From contig OZ242195.1 in NCBI GenBank assembly GCA_965205975.1, forward strand, positions 5,472,001 to 5,536,000: DNA of 64,000 nucleotides, given 5' to 3'. Position 1 is the first letter of the stretch; each line of letters starts with the position of its first letter. Position numbers and translations under genes: made by a program. Shown piece by piece: positions 1 to 9,768 of the stretch. The DNA is from Candidatus Latescibacterota bacterium. Its GTDB lineage: Bacteria > Latescibacterota > UBA2968. The notes under the pieces are model-generated. The model was not told where the DNA came from and did no database searches. It saw only the letters and a list, made by a program, of their open reading frames with translations.

Positions 1-1
1 G

Positions 2-385
2 GGATAAGATGAAGTGTAGTGCGTTTGATATCTGGCGTTCGGTTTCGCCTCTGGCACCGGTATAGGTCATCGCAAGTGCCAGCGAGATGCTGTAGGGCGA
101 GTAGAAAAGGTTTCCGCTTTCTTCCTCTCGCAGTTTCTGATACAGGCCAAAGGCGAAGTCGTTGTTTCCACGAACCAGGTCTGTTAGCTCTGAATCTGTC
201 GCCAGAGGTACGGTTACTCGCGTCTTTTCTGATCGCACTTCTTCTGTCGCGGATGCAGGCGGTGTCTCGGTTGGAGGGGGTGCCGTGGGAGAGAGGGGTT
301 CCGGTATTTTATCGCATCCAAGTAGCGCAATTGATAGTATTATAGCAGGAAGGAAACAGTAGGTTGGCTTTTGTCTCATTTTCAT
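2..385 (-). CDS. Serpin-family (serine protease inhibitor) lipoprotein, N-terminal part; runs off the window edge
   Basis: Absent from the ORF track. Manual translation: MKMRQKPTYCFLPAIILSIALLGC DKIPEPLSPTAPPPTETPP...DLVRGNNDFAFGLYQKLREEESGNLFYSPYSISLALAMTYTGARGETERQI. This has the serpin N-terminal signature (N-F..LY, N.F.SP.SI..AL.M...GA.G.T..Q), an LLGC lipobox and a GGAGG RBS at 391-395. Confidence 0.88.
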   Translation of the reverse strand, partial: MKMRQKPTYCFLPAIILSIALLGCDKIPEPLSPTAPPPTETPPASATEEVRSEKTRVTVPLATDSELTDLVRGNNDFAFGLYQKLREEESGNLFYSPYSISLALAMTYTGARGETERQISNALHFILS

Positions 386-601
386 TTTAGCCTCCTTGCC
401 CCGGCTATTGCCTCAATGGATAGGTAAAGAAAAATTATCTCAATTTACGGTGTAAATCAAGGTTTATTGTTTGCGATGATCCGAGGTGCCACATTTTTTC
501 GAATCTGGATGCTTTCGTTTTTTCTATGAGTAACGAAAAAAATGTAGTATATTGAAGTTACTTGAAGTTCTTTGTTTTTCATTTTGTGAAAGGATAGCTG
601 T

Positions 602-2437
602 ATGCCCAACGCGTTGCTTGTATATCCAAAGAATCCGGTGACGTTCTGGAGTTTTGATGAGGCTTTGAGGTTGATCGGAAAGAAGTCTGCTTTTCCGCCT
701 TTGGGGTTGTTGACGATTGCCGGTATGATGCCCGATGACTACAGTTTGCGCGTGGTGGATGTGAATGTGCATCCACTGACAGATGAAGATCTGGATTGGG
801 CGGATATTGTGATTACGTCATCGATGATTATTCACTGGCATTCCCTCGAAGAGATTATTGCCCAGTGCAATGCCGCTGGCGTGCCCGTGCTCAATGGCGG
901 TCCGTTGCCCACACAGTATTGCGAAGATATTGAGGGCGATGCGGTTTTTTATCTGGGCGAGGCTGAAAATGGTTTTATGGATGTGGCCAATCGATTGGTA
1001 TCTGAGCCTTATCAGGGAGGGCGAGAGTATATTGATCGGCGAGGCGATTTTCAAAGCCTTACAACAACACCGCTGCCTCGCTGGGATCTGATCAATTTTG
1101 ACGATTATACTGTGATGGTAATTCAGATTACGCGGGGTTGTCCAGAAAGTTGCACATTTTGCAATATCCCCGCGCTTTACGGCAAGATAACGCGTTTGAA
1201 AAATAGCAGTCGTGTGATTCAAGAATTGGACGCGCTTTACGATAGAGGCTGGCGCGGTTCGGTGATGGCGGTGGATGACAATTTTGTGGGCAATCGCGAA
1301 GAGATTCGAGAAACACTGGAAGAAGAGGTGGTTCCCTGGCAAAGAGAGCGGGGGTATCCTTTTCAACTCTTTACACAGGCCAGCATTCGCGTGAGCGATG
1401 ATCCCGCTTTGTTAGAAGCGATGCACCTCGCTGGATTTGATAAAATTTTTGCGGGGATTGAATCGCCAGTGGAAGAAAGTCTGAAGTTTATGGGGGCGCA
1501 AAAGAATCTGCAGGGCGATACGCCTTTGCTGGACAAAGTGAAAATTCTGCAAGACTATGGCATGGAAGTTCAGGCTGGTTTTATTATGGGCCTGGATACA
1601 GATCCAGATGATATTGCCGACCGCATGATTGCGTTTATCAGAGAAGCGGGTATTCCGGTGGCTATGGTGGGGGTTTTGGGCGTGTTGCGCGATACACCCG
1701 ACTTCAAGCGCTACAAGCGGTTGGGGCGCCTGCGTGAAGATGTAAAATATACGGGTGATTCGGGTATTTTTAGTCGGCAGTTGAGTTATGTGCCCCTCAT
1801 TGACCCCGATGAACTGTTGGCACGCCATCGCAAGGTCGTGGAAACGCTGAACAGTCCAGAGATTTTCTTTGAACGCTGCCGCACGCACTATGCACATCGC
1901 GCGCGCAGACCGATCCCGTCAATGCCAATTGGTTGGACAGAACTCAGGGCGGGATTGCGCTCTTTTTGGCATCAAGGAGTGGTGGGAACTTATCGGTGGA
2001 CGTTCTGGAAGTTTATGGCCCATATGCTCCTGCATCATCCCCGCGATTTTGGCGATGGCATACGCATGTCCATTCATGGCCGTCATTTGATCCTCACCAC
2101 GCGCGACGCCCTGCAAGTCGATGATGTGCAGACATTTTTGGATGAGGCGTTGGATCACCTGAAGCGATTTAGCGAGGGATATAAAGAGGTGAGCGTCGGT
2201 GATTACGCGAGCAAGTTGATGCACGCTTTGCACGGGCGGATTGATCATTTTCAGGACGATTATCGCACTTTGCAACACAACGCCGAGGTGATGTTGAAGG
2301 CGGCTCAGGAATACTGCGGATTGATACGCGAAGAATTTCGCCATCAGGTTGCCGAACCTCTTGAACGTTTTCAACAAGAGATTGAAGCAATCCTCGAATC
2401 ATATCCCACACAAAGCAGTTTGCAACCTGTGCAGTAG
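602..2437 (+). CDS. B12-binding radical SAM protein (DUF4070-type)
   Basis: N-terminal YP..P.TFWSF...PPLGLLTIA B12-binding-domain start; CxxxCxxC motif GCPESCTFC; VDDNF and GIES motifs. Confidence 0.85.
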   Translation: MPNALLVYPKNPVTFWSFDEALRLIGKKSAFPPLGLLTIAGMMPDDYSLRVVDVNVHPLTDEDLDWADIVITSSMIIHWHSLEEIIAQCNAAGVPVLNGGPLPTQYCEDIEGDAVFYLGEAENGFMDVANRLVSEPYQGGREYIDRRGDFQSLTTTPLPRWDLINFDDYTVMVIQITRGCPESCTFCNIPALYGKITRLKNSSRVIQELDALYDRGWRGSVMAVDDNFVGNREEIRETLEEEVVPWQRERGYPFQLFTQASIRVSDDPALLEAMHLAGFDKIFAGIESPVEESLKFMGAQKNLQGDTPLLDKVKILQDYGMEVQAGFIMGLDTDPDDIADRMIAFIREAGIPVAMVGVLGVLRDTPDFKRYKRLGRLREDVKYTGDSGIFSRQLSYVPLIDPDELLARHRKVVETLNSPEIFFERCRTHYAHRARRPIPSMPIGWTELRAGLRSFWHQGVVGTYRWTFWKFMAHMLLHHPRDFGDGIRMSIHGRHLILTTRDALQVDDVQTFLDEALDHLKRFSEGYKEVSVGDYASKLMHALHGRIDHFQDDYRTLQHNAEVMLKAAQEYCGLIREEFRHQVAEPLERFQQEIEAILESYPTQSSLQPVQ

Positions 2438-2456
2438 GACGCGCTGCGAACAAAAC

Positions 2457-2499
2457 AAAAGCCCGGTATCATAAAAGATATCGGGCTTTTTATTTTTTT
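2457..2499. terminator. Intrinsic terminator, likely bidirectional
   Basis: AAAAGCCCGGTATC-ataaaa-GATATCGGGCTTTT flanked by A and T runs between convergent genes; a second hairpin lies at about 2506-2534. Confidence 0.75.
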
Positions 2500-2534
2500 G
2501 GCCAGGAAGTCGGAGACACTGTCTTCGGCTTTTT

Positions 2535-2861
2535 TTATGCGAGCACAGCTTTGAGTTTGTCTTCTATCGCGCTTTTAGGAACAGCGCCGATAAGCTGATC
2601 TGCCTGTTTGCCGTCCTTAAAGATGAGCAATGTGGGGATGCTGCGAATGCCGAATCCCTGTGCTGTCTGCTGGGCGTGATCTACATCGACTTTGCAGACT
2701 TTAACGCGACCGTCGTATTCACGAGCGAGTTCTTCAATACTGGGGGCAATCATGCGACACGGTCCGCACCAGGTTGCCCAGAAATCCACGAGCACCGGAA
2801 GATCAGAATTGACAACTTCTGTCTGGAAATTTTCATCTGTAACATTTAATGGGCTTCCCAC
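2535..2861 (-). CDS. trxA: Thioredoxin
   Basis: [10 protein letters not shown] active site and IRSIPT; GTG start at 2861 with an AGGAG RBS gives 108 aa. Confidence 0.95.
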   Translation of the reverse strand: MGSPLNVTDENFQTEVVNSDLPVLVDFWATWCGPCRMIAPSIEELAREYDGRVKVCKVDVDHAQQTAQGFGIRSIPTLLIFKDGKQADQLIGAVPKSAIEDKLKAVLA

Positions 2862-2907
2862 TTTGAGGCTCCTTTCAGGTTGGGTTTTGTTCTGATGAGA
2901 ATGTGCT

Positions 2908-2936
2908 AAACTACCAGATTTGTATGGGGTTGTCAA
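2908..2936 (-). promoter_or_regulatory. Putative sigma70 promoter for trxA
   Basis: TTGACA-17 nt-TAGTTT with an extended -10 TG. Confidence 0.55.
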
Positions 2937-3958
2937 GGGGCTGCACGGCAGATTCGATAGGCCAGATGGGCGAGGATTTCATGTGGTGTACCGCCGCTGG
3001 ACTTGAGGCGATTGTCTGCATCGAGAAGGGCATCATGGGCATTCCAGAGAGCTCGTTCGTCAAATAAACGGGCCTGATTGAGATAGTTATTGAGAAAAAA
3101 AGCGGGTACTTTGAGGCGTGAAGCCATTGCATTTCTGGGCAGGCGTTGGTCCGTTGCCCATCGCGCGCGCCGCAGAATCCCAAAGTGACGGACGAGCAGT
3201 GCGATTGTGCCGGCAGGGTGTTCTCCCTGTTCGCGGAGCCGTCCAATAAGGATCTGTGCCTTGTTCAACTGGCGGTGTCCGAGTGCGTCGGCGAGTTCAA
3301 AAACCGTGACTCCTCGCGTGTTGTCGATTACCTGAGCGACGTCTTCGCGCGAGATTGGATTGGATTTGGTAGTGATAAAGAGTTTTTCGATTTCGCCGTC
3401 CAATTCGCGCAGATTTGACCCAATGCTCATGTGGAGCAGGTCAGCCGCGTCGGGCGCGATTTGCCTGCCCAGGGTTTTGACATGTGTCTGGATCCAGGCT
3501 GAAATTTCATTGTCGTAGGGCGGGCGAAATTCGATTGTAATTGCGCGTTTTCTAAGTTCGGCAAATAGTTTTTTGCGCCCATCGGGTTTGGTAGCTGTGA
3601 TGATTATGGTCGTTGTTTCGGGTGGAGATTCGATGAGGGGCAAGAGTTCGGGGGTGGCTGAATCGAGTAAGCGGTCGGCGTTTTTGAGGACAATCAGGCG
3701 GCGCTGCGCCATCATTGGAAAGGTGAGTGCTTGTGAAATAACCTGTGGAATATCGATGTCTTCGGCGCGGTAGATGTCGAGGTTGAAGGCGCGCGCTGCG
3801 GGTTCAATGAGGATTTCAACGAGGGCGTTGAGAAGCTGATCGCGTTGAAAGTCTTCTTCTCCGTAGAAGTAGTAGAGGGATGAGATTTCGCCTTTTTTTA
3901 CGGCATCGAGAATCTGAGCGGGCGATGGGCCAGTTTTGCGAGGACGTCGAGTAGCCAT
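2933..3958 (-). CDS. holA: DNA polymerase III delta subunit
   Basis: YYFYGEEDF, FNLD, FPMMAQRRLIVLKNA, EIEKL and TVFELADAL motifs; 341 aa. Confidence 0.92.
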   Translation of the reverse strand: MATRRPRKTGPSPAQILDAVKKGEISSLYYFYGEEDFQRDQLLNALVEILIEPAARAFNLDIYRAEDIDIPQVISQALTFPMMAQRRLIVLKNADRLLDSATPELLPLIESPPETTTIIITATKPDGRKKLFAELRKRAITIEFRPPYDNEISAWIQTHVKTLGRQIAPDAADLLHMSIGSNLRELDGEIEKLFITTKSNPISREDVAQVIDNTRGVTVFELADALGHRQLNKAQILIGRLREQGEHPAGTIALLVRHFGILRRARWATDQRLPRNAMASRLKVPAFFLNNYLNQARLFDERALWNAHDALLDADNRLKSSGGTPHEILAHLAYRICRAAP

Positions 3959-3976
3959 CTGTGTTATCCGAGGAGT

Positions 3977-4150
3977 CTAAAGGTCTTTGAAGTCCGCGTC
4001 TTGAATTTGTGTATCGTCAATATCGCGCAGGGGTTTTTCCTTTGATGATGTACGCGTGGTCGAGCGCATTAGTATGGCGAGAAACAAGCGACCGACAAAA
4101 CGAAAAAACAGGACGAGGACAAGGACGATGAGAAATATACGAAGCAACAT
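3977..4150 (-). CDS. Small single-TM hypothetical protein (57 aa)
   Basis: Manual translation MLLRIFLIVLVLVLFFRFVGRLFLAILMRSTTRTSSKEKPLRDIDDTQIQDADFKDL; GGAGA RBS; fills the gap between the RND permease and holA on the same strand. Confidence 0.7.
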   Translation of the reverse strand: MLLRIFLIVLVLVLFFRFVGRLFLAILMRSTTRTSSKEKPLRDIDDTQIQDADFKDL

Positions 4151-4175
4151 GAGTGTCTCCGTGCCTTATAATGGC

Positions 4176-7100
4176 TCAATCTGCGGCGGTGTGGCGATAT
4201 GGGGATGCGGATTCAATTTTTGGCGCGCCAAACCACCGCCAGATAAGGCTGATCAAAACAGGTACGACAATCAGTGTGAGAGCAGTGGCAAATGCGAGAC
4301 CAAAGATCACAGCCACGCCCATGGGGCCCCACCACTGACTGCTGCGTCCCCCAATTTCCCATGAAAATGAAAAAAAGTCAAAACTTATACCCGTGGCAAG
4401 GGGCAACAGACCCAGGATAGTGGTTATGGCTGTGAGAATGACGGGGCGAAATCTCACGACGCCTGCGCGTATGATCGCTTCGCGCGCGGAAAGACCGCGC
4501 TGGCGCAATTGCAGGGTATAGCCGATTAGAACAATGGCGTTGTTGACAACCACGCCTGCAAGGCTGATCACGCCGATACCCGTCATGAGAATGCCAAAAG
4601 GGGTTCCGGTGACAATCAGGCCGATCAGTACGCCAATCATAGATAAAATGACGGATGTGAGAATGGTAAAGGGCAGGGCCAGGGAATTGAATTGCGTAAT
4701 CAGAATGAGCGCGATGCCCGCCAATGCTATGAGCAAGGCTTTGGAAAGAAAGGCTGTGGCTTTTTGCTGTTCTTCATTTTCCCCGGAATAGGCGATCTGA
4801 TAGCCTGGTGGAAGGGAAAAATCGGATAGGGCCGCCTGCACGTCGCGCATGGCTGCATCAGATGTGCGGTCTTGCACTTTGCCCTCAATGGAGATAACGC
4901 GCTTGAGATCCTTGCGTCGAATGCTGCCAAATCCGCCGCCCGTTTCTATGCGTGCAACCGCGCTTATGGGCGTGATTTTGCCATCTTTTTCAATGGTTAT
5001 GCGCTCGAGATCGGCAAGGGTGTTGCGCTTGTCGGACTTGAATCTCACGCGAATATCATATTCGTCTTCGCCAAGTCTATATTCGGATGCTTCTGAACCG
5101 TAAACAGCCGAGCGCACTGTAGCGGCAATCAAGCGCGTATTGAGGCCCGCTATTGCAGCGGCTTCTCGATCTACAACGATGCGGACTTCGGGACGCCCGC
5201 GGTCGTAGTCGTCTTTGAGATCTACAACGCCGGGCACTTCGGCCACGATGCGTTTGATGCGTGCGGATAGTTGTCCCAAAATTTCGAAATTTTCGCCGGA
5301 TACCTCAACGCTGATGGGCGGGCCTACGGGTGGTCCGCCGCGTTCTTGAGACAATTCGATTTCGGCGCCGGTCAGATTTTTGAGTTTGTTGCGGATTTCC
5401 TCAATGGTCTTAAAAGAGGATTGCTGTCGAAGACTTTCATCGACAAAATCAACGGAAATACGACTGGCATTTGAAATGCCTTCGCCAGACGCTAATTCAT
5501 CGCCGCCCGAGACACCCACGTTGGCGACATAGGTTTCAACATCGGGAATATCGGAGAGAATGGATTCGATCTGGCGCGCCAGTTGATCCGATGTTTCGAG
5601 GTTTGTGCCAGATGGGGCACGCACGTCGATGTAGGCTGTATTGGGTTCAATTTCGGGAAAAAATTCGATGCCCCGGCCTGTGAAATAGTACGCCACAATG
5701 ACGAGGATGAGTGTGCTCGCTGCAAGCGAGAGGGTTATTCCCGGGTAATTGAGTGCCAGTTCGAGGCGACGCTGATAGGCGTTGAGGCTGCGCTGAAGGC
5801 GGGGTGATGTTTCTTTGACCGTTCCTCGCACTGTCATGAACGATGCACAAAATGTGGGATTGAGGACGAGGCCCACAAAGAGGGACGAAGATAGGGTTAT
5901 GATCAGGGTGATGGGCAAATATTTCATAAATTCGCCCATAATGCCGGGCCAGACAATCATGGGTGCAAAAGCACACAATGTCGTCAGTGTTGAGGTGATT
6001 ACAGGCCATGCGACTTCTCCCGTGCCTTCCAGCGCCCCCTGGATGGGGGATTGGCCTTCTTGCCGATGGCGATAGATATTTTCGACAATGACGATGGCAT
6101 TATCCACGAGCATGCCAAGTGCGAGGATCAGGCTAAATAAAACGATCATATTGAGCGTGATGCCCATAATGGAGATGATGACAAAGGCAATGAGCATGGA
6201 AAGGGGAATGGCGATACCGACAAAAAAGGCATTGCGTAAGCCCAGGAAAAATAGGAGCACCAGAATGACGAGGATGAGGCCGGATACGATATTGTTTTCG
6301 AGGTCTTTGACCATCAGGCGAATGTCTTCGGACTGGTCGCCCAAAATGGTGATTTGCGTGCCTGCGGGAAGGGTGGGTTTCAAGTCGTCGAGCGCGATTT
6401 TAATTTGATCTGCTATGGCAATCAGATTTTCTCCACTGCGCTTGACAATTTCGAGGCTCACACTGGGCTTGTGGTTGAGGCGGGCGTAATTTGCGCGGTC
6501 CTTAAACCCATATACAACATCGGCAACATCGCGAATATAGATCGGGCGACCTTGCGAGGCTTTGATGAGGAGGTCGCCAATCTGGGGAACGGTTTCAAGT
6601 TCGCCAGGCACGCGTACGGCGTATTTGTATGCACCTATATCCACGCTGCCGCCGGGAAGGGTCAAGTTTTCGCGTTGGATGGCCTCTATTACGTCCTGGA
6701 TGGCGAGTTTGTAGGCGATGAGGCGGTCGGGATCGACATCGACTTTGACTTCGTGTTCGAGACCACCGACCACGCGTACTTCGAGGATGCCGGGGATGGT
6801 TTCGATATGATCGGCAAAGTCTTCGGCAATTTCTTTGAGCCGAATCAGCCCATAGTCGGCCGACAATGCGACGATCATCATGGGGATATTGGAAAAGTTG
6901 ACTTCGAGAACCACGGGATCTTCTGCTTCATCGGGTAATTCTGTTTTTGCGAGATCGACCTTGTCTTTGACGCGCTGGAGTGCATTATCAATGTCGGCAT
7001 TGGGATTAAACTCGACTGTAATTGACGAAGCGCCTTCGACCGAACTCGAGCGGATCACTTTGACGTTTTCGATGGATTGAAGTTCTTTTTCCAAAGGTCG

Positions 7101-7292
7101 GGTAATGAGGTTTTCAACATCCTGAGGCGAGGCTCCGATATACGGCGTGCTGACGATGATGAGAGGTATGGTAATATCCGGCGCAGCTTCGCGAGGAAGC
7201 GACAGATAGGCCGAGATGCCCGAGATGATGAGGATGCCGACAAAGACGTAAACGGTGATGCGATGTTTGAGTGCGTACGCGGTAATGGTCAT
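4176..7292 (-). CDS. RND efflux permease (AcrB/AcrD/AcrF family)
   Basis: 1038 aa; GMLVDNAIVIVENI, GVVVNNAIV and RFRPVILTAITT motifs. Confidence 0.95.
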   Translation of the reverse strand: MTITAYALKHRITVYVFVGILIISGISAYLSLPREAAPDITIPLIIVSTPYIGASPQDVENLITRPLEKELQSIENVKVIRSSSVEGASSITVEFNPNADIDNALQRVKDKVDLAKTELPDEAEDPVVLEVNFSNIPMMIVALSADYGLIRLKEIAEDFADHIETIPGILEVRVVGGLEHEVKVDVDPDRLIAYKLAIQDVIEAIQRENLTLPGGSVDIGAYKYAVRVPGELETVPQIGDLLIKASQGRPIYIRDVADVVYGFKDRANYARLNHKPSVSLEIVKRSGENLIAIADQIKIALDDLKPTLPAGTQITILGDQSEDIRLMVKDLENNIVSGLILVILVLLFFLGLRNAFFVGIAIPLSMLIAFVIISIMGITLNMIVLFSLILALGMLVDNAIVIVENIYRHRQEGQSPIQGALEGTGEVAWPVITSTLTTLCAFAPMIVWPGIMGEFMKYLPITLIITLSSSLFVGLVLNPTFCASFMTVRGTVKETSPRLQRSLNAYQRRLELALNYPGITLSLAASTLILVIVAYYFTGRGIEFFPEIEPNTAYIDVRAPSGTNLETSDQLARQIESILSDIPDVETYVANVGVSGGDELASGEGISNASRISVDFVDESLRQQSSFKTIEEIRNKLKNLTGAEIELSQERGGPPVGPPISVEVSGENFEILGQLSARIKRIVAEVPGVVDLKDDYDRGRPEVRIVVDREAAAIAGLNTRLIAATVRSAVYGSEASEYRLGEDEYDIRVRFKSDKRNTLADLERITIEKDGKITPISAVARIETGGGFGSIRRKDLKRVISIEGKVQDRTSDAAMRDVQAALSDFSLPPGYQIAYSGENEEQQKATAFLSKALLIALAGIALILITQFNSLALPFTILTSVILSMIGVLIGLIVTGTPFGILMTGIGVISLAGVVVNNAIVLIGYTLQLRQRGLSAREAIIRAGVVRFRPVILTAITTILGLLPLATGISFDFFSFSWEIGGRSSQWWGPMGVAVIFGLAFATALTLIVVPVLISLIWRWFGAPKIESASPYRHTAAD

Positions 7293-8338
7293 GGAATAGA
7301 TTCCGCATATTTTATTGCCACGCGGTCGCCATCAATGAGGTCTCGCCCGCCTTTGACAACGATCTGATCGCCAAAGGAAAGCCCTTTTTGGACGACGACG
7401 CGCTCGGCTTCCGATGGGCCGAGGTTAAGCGGACGCAAAAGTGCCTTGTTGTTTTTCACGACAAAGGCCACGGGTCCGATTTCGCGTTCGATAATGGCTT
7501 CGCGGGGAATGACAACGACATGCCGGTGAATGCGACGCCTGGCTTTCAGCGTGCCGATCATGCCGGGCCGGATATGCCCTTTTGGGTTAGGCAAGTGGAT
7601 TTCAATGGGAAAAACCCTCTGGTCTGTATCTGCTGCTGGCCCAACATGGGCGATTGTGCTCTCATAAGTTTGGTGCGGAAGAGCATCGAGGATGAGGGTG
7701 ACGAAACTGCCTTCGGCGAAGTCGATGATTTCGCTCTCAGCTACCCAGGCCTCAATGCGCAGGCTGTCGGTTTGTACGAGGCGAAATGTTGCGTCACCTC
7801 GCGTGATATGTTGTCCCTGTGAGATATATCGCTTTGCTATAGTGCCTGAAAACGGCGCTTGTATCTGTCCATAAGAGAGCCGGTGTTTTAAGGTCTGTGC
7901 TGTTGATTTGGCTTTTTGAAAGTCGTATTCTGTGGCAAAATACGCCTGTTCGGAAATCGATCCTTCCGAGAAAAGTTGTTTGCTGCGCTCGTAATTGTAG
8001 GTTTGAAACTTGAGATTGGCCTCGGCTTCGATCAATGCAGCTTGCAGAAGCTCCAGGTTGAGTTGCGCGAGATGCTCTTCTCGTTTGACGTAATCACCCA
8101 CATCTTTGTACGTGTTGATAACCTCACCAGATTCGAGCGCGCTAATCGTCACATCGCGCCAGGCTTTTACTGTGGCAGACAGCCTGCTGTATTGGACGAG
8201 CGAATCGGGTTTGAGCACAAATGTAGATACATTGGTGGTGCGCTCTAATGGCATTTCTTTTTGTGCCGAAGATTCGTCGCCGCAGCCCAGATTGATCGCG
8301 ATCAAAAGACAGGGTATTAAAAGCCTGTACAAATTCAT
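7289..8338 (-). CDS. RND periplasmic adaptor (MFP)
   Basis: Lipobox NLGC; IQAPFSG, IRPGM, VVIPREAI and GL..GD.IVV motifs; overlaps the permease start. Confidence 0.93.
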   Translation of the reverse strand: MNLYRLLIPCLLIAINLGCGDESSAQKEMPLERTTNVSTFVLKPDSLVQYSRLSATVKAWRDVTISALESGEVINTYKDVGDYVKREEHLAQLNLELLQAALIEAEANLKFQTYNYERSKQLFSEGSISEQAYFATEYDFQKAKSTAQTLKHRLSYGQIQAPFSGTIAKRYISQGQHITRGDATFRLVQTDSLRIEAWVAESEIIDFAEGSFVTLILDALPHQTYESTIAHVGPAADTDQRVFPIEIHLPNPKGHIRPGMIGTLKARRRIHRHVVVIPREAIIEREIGPVAFVVKNNKALLRPLNLGPSEAERVVVQKGLSFGDQIVVKGGRDLIDGDRVAIKYAESIP

Positions 8339-9690
8339 GGTTTATTCTCCTCACCCAAAATGCCCGCACTGAGTTCTAAATGCACGAGGGCGACCGCAAG
8401 GTCTCGTTTTGCGCGCGCGAGTTCGGCTTCGGCGCGTTGTAAAGTGAGTTGTCCATCTATGACTTCGATTTGGGTGCCAACGCCATTTTCATAACGCGAT
8501 TCCGCGATTTCCAGGCCCCGACGAGCGAGATCAGCAGCCTGTATTTGCGCGCTTTTTCTGGCGCGAATTTCGAGAAAAGTGCGCCACGCCTGCAGGATGT
8601 TGAAACGTATGTCGCGTTTGGTTTGTTTTTGCACCAGTTCTGCTTGCCGCGTGTCTGAGCGGGCCTGCGCAACCTGTGCACTTGTGCGAAAGCCATCGAA
8701 AATGGGAATGTTGATGGCGATGCCCGAAAACCAGCTCTGATGAAAATCGTCTTTTACAAAATCAAATTCGTTTTTTTGAGCCTGCCACTGTCCATTGACA
8801 ATTAAATCTACAGTAGGGCGGGATTCTGATTGGGCAATGGTCTCTGCATGCTGGAGCATTTCGACCTCGAGGGAGTACTGACGTACAATGGGATGCATTT
8901 GCATTGAGAGGTCAATCAGATCTGTCTCGGTGATAGTCGATAAAAGGTGGGATTTTTCGCGGAAAGTCCCACGAGGTATAATGGGTTCGTTGGGGTCAAT
9001 GCCGATCTGGTTTTTGAACGTGAGATCCGCCAATACGCGCGCATTCTCCGTGCGTATGGAGTCTGTTAGTAATTCGGCGACCTGCACCTGTGCACGCAGC
9101 AAATCGTAGTCCGATACGCGCCCTGCCTCGCGCAATTTTTCGACGCGCTTGAAATTTGCACGCGCGCGTGCTACAGAAGATTTGCTGACGCGCGTGAGTT
9201 CTCCAGCCAGTAGCAGGTCGTAAAAAGCCGTTTCGACCTGGGTGTGTAATCGCTGCTTTGCAGCGCGCATCTTTTCCATTGAAAATTGTCGGAACAGACG
9301 CGCGGCGCGCATGGCAGAAAAAGATTTGCCCCCGCCCCAAACTGATTGTCGGATGCCAACTGTGCCGATGAGGTTGTTGTGCGCGCCTATGGTGAATTGT
9401 TGCTGGCCTGCTGGCGTTTCAAAGAAAAAGGTGGGCAGCAACCAGTTGCGCGTGTACTGCATGGTGATATCGAGTTGGGGGAGAACATCGGCTACTGCAT
9501 GGCGAACCCGTTGACGTGATTTTTCCAGATCTTCGCGCGCTATTAGCAGGTCTTCATTGTGCGATAGCGCGTGCTGCAAACTCTCTTCGAGTGTAATAGA
9601 CCAGGAATAGGCTCTGGGGAGCGCGAAAAAAAGGAACAGAAGGCCGATGGTACATAGCCATCGACAAAGAGATATATAGTCCATCGACAT
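8335..9690 (-). CDS. TolC-family outer membrane efflux protein
   Basis: Repeated OEP motifs (IPIFDG, RYENGVGTQIEVIDGQ); coupled to the MFP gene. Confidence 0.92.
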   Translation of the reverse strand: MSMDYISLCRWLCTIGLLFLFFALPRAYSWSITLEESLQHALSHNEDLLIAREDLEKSRQRVRHAVADVLPQLDITMQYTRNWLLPTFFFETPAGQQQFTIGAHNNLIGTVGIRQSVWGGGKSFSAMRAARLFRQFSMEKMRAAKQRLHTQVETAFYDLLLAGELTRVSKSSVARARANFKRVEKLREAGRVSDYDLLRAQVQVAELLTDSIRTENARVLADLTFKNQIGIDPNEPIIPRGTFREKSHLLSTITETDLIDLSMQMHPIVRQYSLEVEMLQHAETIAQSESRPTVDLIVNGQWQAQKNEFDFVKDDFHQSWFSGIAINIPIFDGFRTSAQVAQARSDTRQAELVQKQTKRDIRFNILQAWRTFLEIRARKSAQIQAADLARRGLEIAESRYENGVGTQIEVIDGQLTLQRAEAELARAKRDLAVALVHLELSAGILGEENKP

Positions 9691-9732
9691 TTGGAGGGCG
9701 TTAAATTCAGGTCGAGATGTTATTTATTTGAA

Positions 9733-9762
9733 AATCTACAGGGTTTTGCCATGTGATGTCAA
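9733..9762 (-). promoter_or_regulatory. Putative sigma70 promoter for the efflux operon
   Basis: TTGACA-18 nt-TAGATT upstream of the TolC-like gene. Confidence 0.45.
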
Positions 9763-9768
9763 GGCGTT

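Noticed and set aside
602..2437. Calling the radical SAM enzyme hopanoid methylase HpnP
   Set aside because: It shares the broad architecture, but I cannot assign orthology by eye and no hopanoid genes are adjacent.
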